20,228 nt of DNA from positions 1 to 20,228 of the forward strand of contig JANPJS010000094.1 of NCBI GenBank assembly GCA_031425655.1, read 5' to 3'. The position numbers and the translations under genes are program-made. Below the pieces are notes generated by a model. It was not told where the DNA came from and made no database searches. It saw nothing but the letters and a program-made list of their open reading frames with translations. Shown one piece after another: positions 15,848-20,228 of the stretch (position 1 is its first letter; the number at the start of each line of letters is the position of its first letter). This DNA comes from Abditibacteriaceae bacterium (GTDB lineage Bacteria; Armatimonadota; Abditibacteriia; Abditibacteriales; Abditibacteriaceae).

Positions 15848-18800
15848 TCATTCCAGCACGAATTCGCCCCATAAATTCGGCGACAAATCAGCTTCGCCGG
15901 GCACATCGTTGACTAAACCCGTCGCTTTGTTGCTCCAATACTGGCGCGACACGGTTTGCGTGCCGCCGCTGTCGGCGAAAAGCACGCCCACGTCGCCGCG
16001 CAATTTCAGACCCGATTGTGGTGCGATGCCAAGCCGCGTCCACGGAATTTGCGCCTCGACGAAGTAGCCGCCGTTTATCGGCGCGCTGGCAAAAGTTACG
16101 TCGGCGGGCTGGCTAACGCGGTCGAAATTAATCGTGCGCCACGGCGAGGAGAACGGCACGCGCGCATTCGCATTCGTGCCCGGCACCGCCTTTTCGTAAA
16201 GCACAACCTGCGGCCCGGCAGCGGTTTGGGTCAGCAGCAGACGCAGACCGTCGCGGGCGCCTTGAAGCACCGTCGCGGCATCGGACGATTTTGGCAGTCC
16301 TATCATTAAATCCACAGCGTCTCCGGATTTGAAAAGCAGACGCGAGTCTTGTCCGACATTGCGCCATTTGCCGGGGCCGAACACGCGCCACGCGACGTAT
16401 AAATTGTTGGCATCGTAACGCGCCTGCACGCGGGCGAAACGCTTTCGCGGAGATTCCTGCACTTCTAAAATGCGCGCTTTGTCGTCTAACAATTCGGGCC
16501 ATTCCAGCGGTTTGCCGTCAATCGTCGCGGGCGCGGCGGCTTTGGCGATTGAATAGGTGCGCGCTTCATTTTTTTGTGCGGCTTTGTCCTGCGCCATGCG
16601 CTGCGCCTGCTCGAATTGCGCGGGCGTGAATTGCAAGGCGCCATTCAAGCGTTTGATCGTGTCAAGGCCGGTCACTTCGAGAACGCGCGCATCGGTGGCG
16701 CCAAGCGTCAAATACGTGCGTCCATTCGCGGCGCGTGTAAAGTAGCCGCCAAAACTTTCGCCGCCCGCCGTGGTGGCGTCCATGCTCATGCCGCGCACCG
16801 ATTGTTCGGGCGTTTCAAAGCCGCCGCGCACGTCCTTGAACAGCGATTGCACAAACAAACCGTCGTGCGTGAACAAGTAGTTCTCGCCCAAGTTGCCGTT
16901 CAGATACCAGATTTCATCGTTGCCGAACTTGGCTGTGCCAAGAATCGAAGACGGGCCGATGACGTAGCCGGGACGCGCTGAAGTCGCGTTGTGCGAGCCG
17001 TGAACCGAGGTGTTGCGGTTGGGATAGCCGCCCCAAACGCGCCCGTTTTTATCAACGCTAATCAGCGGGTCTTGATTGATATAAACGCGCCCGTCGCTGC
17101 CGCCGACGATCATGCCTTCGCCATTGCCGCCGCCGATGGGCTTGTCGGTCATCACGATTTTCGGGTTCGCCACGTCGTAAATCGGCGCGCCGGACGCAGT
17201 GACATTGCTAATCGGGAACTTAACCAACGCCCGGCCTTTCTCGTCCATGTAGGCAATCGTGCCGTCTTCATCGGGCAACTGCCCCCAGTAAAAACTGCGG
17301 AGGCGGGCGGGGCCATTAGCGATGCTCAAAGCTGAAAAACGCATTTCCTCCGGTTGCACTAAGCCGTCGCCGTTGGCATCGGCCCACGAATACATCAGGC
17401 CATCGTGGCCCGCGAAAATCGGATGCCCGTATTTCGCCCACTGATCCACTTTTTCACGCTGCATGACGGTGCCGAAATGCCCCGCCGAGCGCCAATTCTG
17501 GCCGTCAAACATCGTGACGTGAACTTCATTGGAGCCGCGTGCGCTATCGGTTGTGAACAAATAGGTGCGGCCCTGCCGGACGATCACGCGGCTGCGGCTG
17601 TCGGCGACGGGCGGGAACAAATCGTTGGCGTCGTCGCGCCGCGACAACGAATAAACAGGCCGCCACGCGCCGGATTGCAAATCAATTTTCCAGACCGTGT
17701 TTTCGGCGAAGGCCATCGTGGTGTCGAAGGGATTAATCGCGCCGGCGGCAGCGTAGCCGGTCGTGCCGTTGAAGTCCTTCAGCAGCTTGCCGTCGGCGCT
17801 CCAAACGCTGGTGCGCTTGGGATTTGTGGCTTCTTCGGTCACCCACAGGCGACCTTTGCTGTCAATGGCAATTTGCGCCGGATTGCGCATGGCGTTTTCG
17901 TCGAAGGCGCCGTTTGCGGGGCGCCCGCCACGTTTGCCGATTTCGCGGATGAGCTTGATGCCGTCTGGCGAAAACACCTTCACATTTTGCTCAGCGCCGC
18001 GAACGGAAACATAAATCTGATTGTCCGCAGCAGTGACGGAATAAGCCTCAGTAGGCAAAGGAATCGGCTTGCGTTGAAATGGAAACGAAGCGCGCCGCCA
18101 AAGATTCACGAGTTGGTCGCCGGAAATCACCAGCAAACTGCGGCCAAGATTCTTAAAGCGAGGGTCGAAGGCCACGCCGCGCGGCTGCGGAACCGCGATT
18201 TCTTCAAGCAAAGCGCCGGTTTGCGCGTGGAATAATTTGATTTTGTTTTCGCGCGTCAGGCAGACGGCTAACGTGTCGCCTTGAACTGCAATCGCGCTCA
18301 TGTTGGCGCCAAGCTTTGTGTCGGCGCCGACTCCGGGCGCATCGGAAACCTGCAATTCCAACAGGTCGAATTCTTTGCCCTGCTCGTCTTTCGCTTTTTG
18401 CGTCCACGGCGCGTATTGGCCGTTGGCGACGTTCACGCGATAAATGATGGATTTCTTGCCTTCGGTCGCCACCCAGAGCGTTTTTCCGTCGGTCGCAAGC
18501 GAAATTTGACCGCCGTCGAACGCGACGCGGTTATGCAAGCCCCACAAGCGCCGCCCGTTCAAATCGCAGCCGATGAGATGCTTGCCGGCTTCGCCCATCG
18601 GAGTTGCAAGCGCGACGTAATCGCCCGCCGCCGCCACGGCTTGCGGCGCGGTGTGGTCGCCGTAAAACGCGCCCCGATTATTGGCCGTGTCCCAACTCGG
18701 ATTGCCCGGATTGGCGAACGACATCACATAATTCACATGAACGCCGTCGTGATAAAGCGCCGTGAATTTATAGTTTCCCGGCGCGGCCAATTTGCCGTTG

Positions 18801-19771
18801 TCGTCCAAACCGTCCCACTTTTCGATGTTCGCGCCCTTTTTTCGCGGAAGGGCTGCGACTAAGTTGCGAATGCGCGTGCCTTTACTGTCGTCAATGGCTA
18901 AAGTCACGCGCGCGTCTTTGGGCAATTTATAGCGAATTTCAATCGGGCCTTGCAGTGGCTCGTCGCCGGCACGCGCGGCTTTCATAAACGCCGGTTCGGG
19001 CAGGTTCAGTTTGCCTTTGGCTTCAAGGAAAACCGGCCCCCACGCATCTTTGGCCGTCCAGAAAAACTCGCGGCTGGTCGTGCCCGGCGTCAAATTGTCG
19101 GCGTAGCGATGGACGGGCCAATCGGCCTCGCCCCACAATAATTCCACGCCGCAACTCATTTGCTCGCCGACTTGCGGCGGCTTGGCAAGAGTTATCAATT
19201 TCCACGGCAATTTGATTTCCTGCACGTAACCGCGCCCGTCGGCATCTTTCACGAACGCCATTTCGGCGCCTTGTTCGAGCTTCCAGCCCTGCGTGCGAAA
19301 AACTTGCGCTTCGCCGCCGTCGAACGGCTCATTCAGGCTTTTGCCGTAGGAAATTTGCAGCGCCGGCTCGTCGGTCGGCGCGTAATACCACGCCGTGACA
19401 TGGCTGATGCGGTCGGTTTTGAATCGAAGCTGAACCGAATCGCCAGCCCAGCCTTTATTGGCCTGATGGCGCGGATGATGGTTGTTTCCCATCGGAATCG
19501 GGTCTTTCCAATGCAGCGACACGTAAAAGTTTTCGGCGTCGTGCATCATGGCGACTTGCGCCGAATACACATCGCGCAGCGTTTCGATGTCATAGGACAT
19601 CAAAACTTGCCCGCTTAAATCCCAATCGTCGAGTTTGCCGTCAACGGCAACTTTTCCGGGCGCCGGAACCGCGTGAATGCCGTGATTATCGGTTTGCGTG
19701 GCGAAAGCGGGCAAGGTCAGAACAGCAAGCAGGGACAGCACAACGGCGCCTTTGAAAATGTGAAGTGGCAT
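15848..19771 (-). CDS. Large secreted multidomain protein: CBM9/DOMON-like domain, FlgD Ig-like domain, NHL-like beta-propeller region, second CBM9/DOMON-like domain
   Basis: Signal peptide from ATG 19771; 'VDGKLDDWD' and 'IDGKPLEW' CBM9-like starts; FlgD motif 'YKLPKDARVTLAIDDSKGTRIRNL...WDGLDDNGKLAAPGNY'; NHL-like 'NPAQIAIDSKGRLWVTE'; DxNxDG loop 'DANGDGLVQPEE'. Confidence 0.8.
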   Translation of the reverse strand: MPLHIFKGAVVLSLLAVLTLPAFATQTDNHGIHAVPAPGKVAVDGKLDDWDLSGQVLMSYDIETLRDVYSAQVAMMHDAENFYVSLHWKDPIPMGNNHHPRHQANKGWAGDSVQLRFKTDRISHVTAWYYAPTDEPALQISYGKSLNEPFDGGEAQVFRTQGWKLEQGAEMAFVKDADGRGYVQEIKLPWKLITLAKPPQVGEQMSCGVELLWGEADWPVHRYADNLTPGTTSREFFWTAKDAWGPVFLEAKGKLNLPEPAFMKAARAGDEPLQGPIEIRYKLPKDARVTLAIDDSKGTRIRNLVAALPRKKGANIEKWDGLDDNGKLAAPGNYKFTALYHDGVHVNYVMSFANPGNPSWDTANNRGAFYGDHTAPQAVAAAGDYVALATPMGEAGKHLIGCDLNGRRLWGLHNRVAFDGGQISLATDGKTLWVATEGKKSIIYRVNVANGQYAPWTQKAKDEQGKEFDLLELQVSDAPGVGADTKLGANMSAIAVQGDTLAVCLTRENKIKLFHAQTGALLEEIAVPQPRGVAFDPRFKNLGRSLLVISGDQLVNLWRRASFPFQRKPIPLPTEAYSVTAADNQIYVSVRGAEQNVKVFSPDGIKLIREIGKRGGRPANGAFDENAMRNPAQIAIDSKGRLWVTEEATNPKRTSVWSADGKLLKDFNGTTGYAAAGAINPFDTTMAFAENTVWKIDLQSGAWRPVYSLSRRDDANDLFPPVADSRSRVIVRQGRTYLFTTDSARGSNEVHVTMFDGQNWRSAGHFGTVMQREKVDQWAKYGHPIFAGHDGLMYSWADANGDGLVQPEEMRFSALSIANGPARLRSFYWGQLPDEDGTIAYMDEKGRALVKFPISNVTASGAPIYDVANPKIVMTDKPIGGGNGEGMIVGGSDGRVYINQDPLISVDKNGRVWGGYPNRNTSVHGSHNATSARPGYVIGPSSILGTAKFGNDEIWYLNGNLGENYLFTHDGLFVQSLFKDVRGGFETPEQSVRGMSMDATTAGGESFGGYFTRAANGRTYLTLGATDARVLEVTGLDTIKRLNGALQFTPAQFEQAQRMAQDKAAQKNEARTYSIAKAAAPATIDGKPLEWPELLDDKARILEVQESPRKRFARVQARYDANNLYVAWRVFGPGKWRNVGQDSRLLFKSGDAVDLMIGLPKSSDAATVLQGARDGLRLLLTQTAAGPQVVLYEKAVPGTNANARVPFSSPWRTINFDRVSQPADVTFASAPINGGYFVEAQIPWTRLGIAPQSGLKLRGDVGVLFADSGGTQTVSRQYWSNKATGLVNDVPGEADLSPNLWGEFVLE

Positions 19772-19798
19772 AATATGTTCCGGGGAAACCAACTCTAA

Positions 19799-19967
19799 GA
19801 AGCTGTTTGAATAATCAATTGAGGTGTCATTCCGAGTGGGCGCCCTCTGGGCAGGGTCGAGGAATCTTTTGCCTCGTAAAACAAAGATTTCTCCACTTCA
19901 CTCCGCTCGCAAGCTCGCTCCATTTCGGTCGAAATGACACCTGCTTTGCTATTTCCCAACCAGCTTC
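19799..19967. mobile_element. MITE-like element (169 bp, IS5-family-like ends, TAA flanks) containing a GTCATT...AATGAC palindromic repeat
   Basis: Ends GAAGCTGTTTGAATAAT vs reverse complement GAAGCTGGTTGGGAAAT (13/17); TAA on both sides (19796-19798, 19968-19970); inner arms AGGTGTCATTCCGA (19822-19835) and TCGAAATGACACCT (19929-19942). Confidence 0.7.
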
Positions 19968-19972
19968 TAAGA

Positions 19973-20080
19973 TTACAACGATTCGCTTCCCATGATTTGC
20001 GATGCGGCGATTTGATAGCGAAAATCAAACTCGGCTAAGTGCTTTGCCCATTGCTCATTACACAACTTCAAATAAGAGGT
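19973..20080 (-). pseudogene. Possible C-terminal remnant of an IS1595-family transposase
   Basis: The 35 open codons TSYLKLCNEQWAKHLAEFDFRYQIAASQIMGSESL* contain LAEFDFRY, resembling the recalled IS1595 C-terminal motif; the frame ends at the element end at 20080. Confidence 0.35.
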
Positions 20081-20228
20081 TCACCTTACGCAGTCGGTTA
20101 TGATAGTCGCAGCCATTAGCCTGCGAATCAACGGGACAACAGAAGCGCTGTCATTCTGAGCGGAGCGGAGTGAGGAACGAACGGAGCGCAGTCGAAGAAT
20201 CTTGTTTACTTGGGGCCTCATAAAAGAT
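20080..20228 (+). mobile_element. Third CTCACCTTACGC-type end followed by a GTCATT-family palindrome, truncated by the window edge
   Basis: TTCACCTTACGCAGTCGGTTATG at 20080; TGTCATTCTGAG...GTCGAAGAATCT at 20149-20202; the window ends in AAGAT, the expected start of the complementary arm. Confidence 0.6.

Noticed and set aside
4497..19618. Long opposite-strand ORFs (e.g. 4497-5174, 5560-6255, 6954-7727, 12791-13510, 17405-18235)
   Set aside because: They are shadows of well-supported minus-strand genes in GC-rich DNA and have no recognisable motifs.
8567..20100. Composite transposon bounded by the 8567 and 20080 ends
   Set aside because: The two ends are in direct, not inverted, orientation and share no flanking duplication.
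1..20228. CRISPR array
   Set aside because: No regularly spaced direct repeats with unique spacers; the repeats are dispersed palindromes or short tandem units.

Overview
Bacterial chromosomal window with moderately high GC. Gene content (stand-alone stalk-domain protein, LacI plus PhyH, large FlgD/CBM9-like secreted protein) is reminiscent of Armatimonadota/Abditibacteriota; this is an inference only. It holds about 16 protein-coding genes: mrdA (PBP2), a BON lipoprotein, a stalk-domain protein, a minus-strand run (NAD-dependent epimerase, membrane protein, GT2, TPR protein, flavoprotein), tpx, and a second minus-strand run (1307-aa FlgD/beta-propeller/CBM9-like protein, gamma carbonic anhydrase-like protein, small membrane protein, Tat metallophosphoesterase, clan GH-A glycoside hydrolase, PhyH-like dioxygenase, LacI regulator). 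No rRNA, tRNA or CRISPR array was seen. The unusual content is intergenic. (1) A family of small non-coding elements has CTCACCTTACGC-type ends: one complete copy with an 8-bp target duplication and two further ends. (2) A second MITE-like element is flanked by TAA. (3) These shells contain unrelated palindromes built from short repeats, and some palindromes carry mini-modules (GAA-triloop hairpins and an identical 18-bp module in two unrelated repeat families), giving an apparently nested repeat system. (4) An orphan, mostly synonymously diverged duplicate of the 3' end of the gamma-CA gene, plus its downstream repeat, brackets a small foreign-looking gene. (5) A shared LacI-type operator lies upstream of both the LacI gene and the PhyH gene. 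All calls were made by eye, with no database searches.
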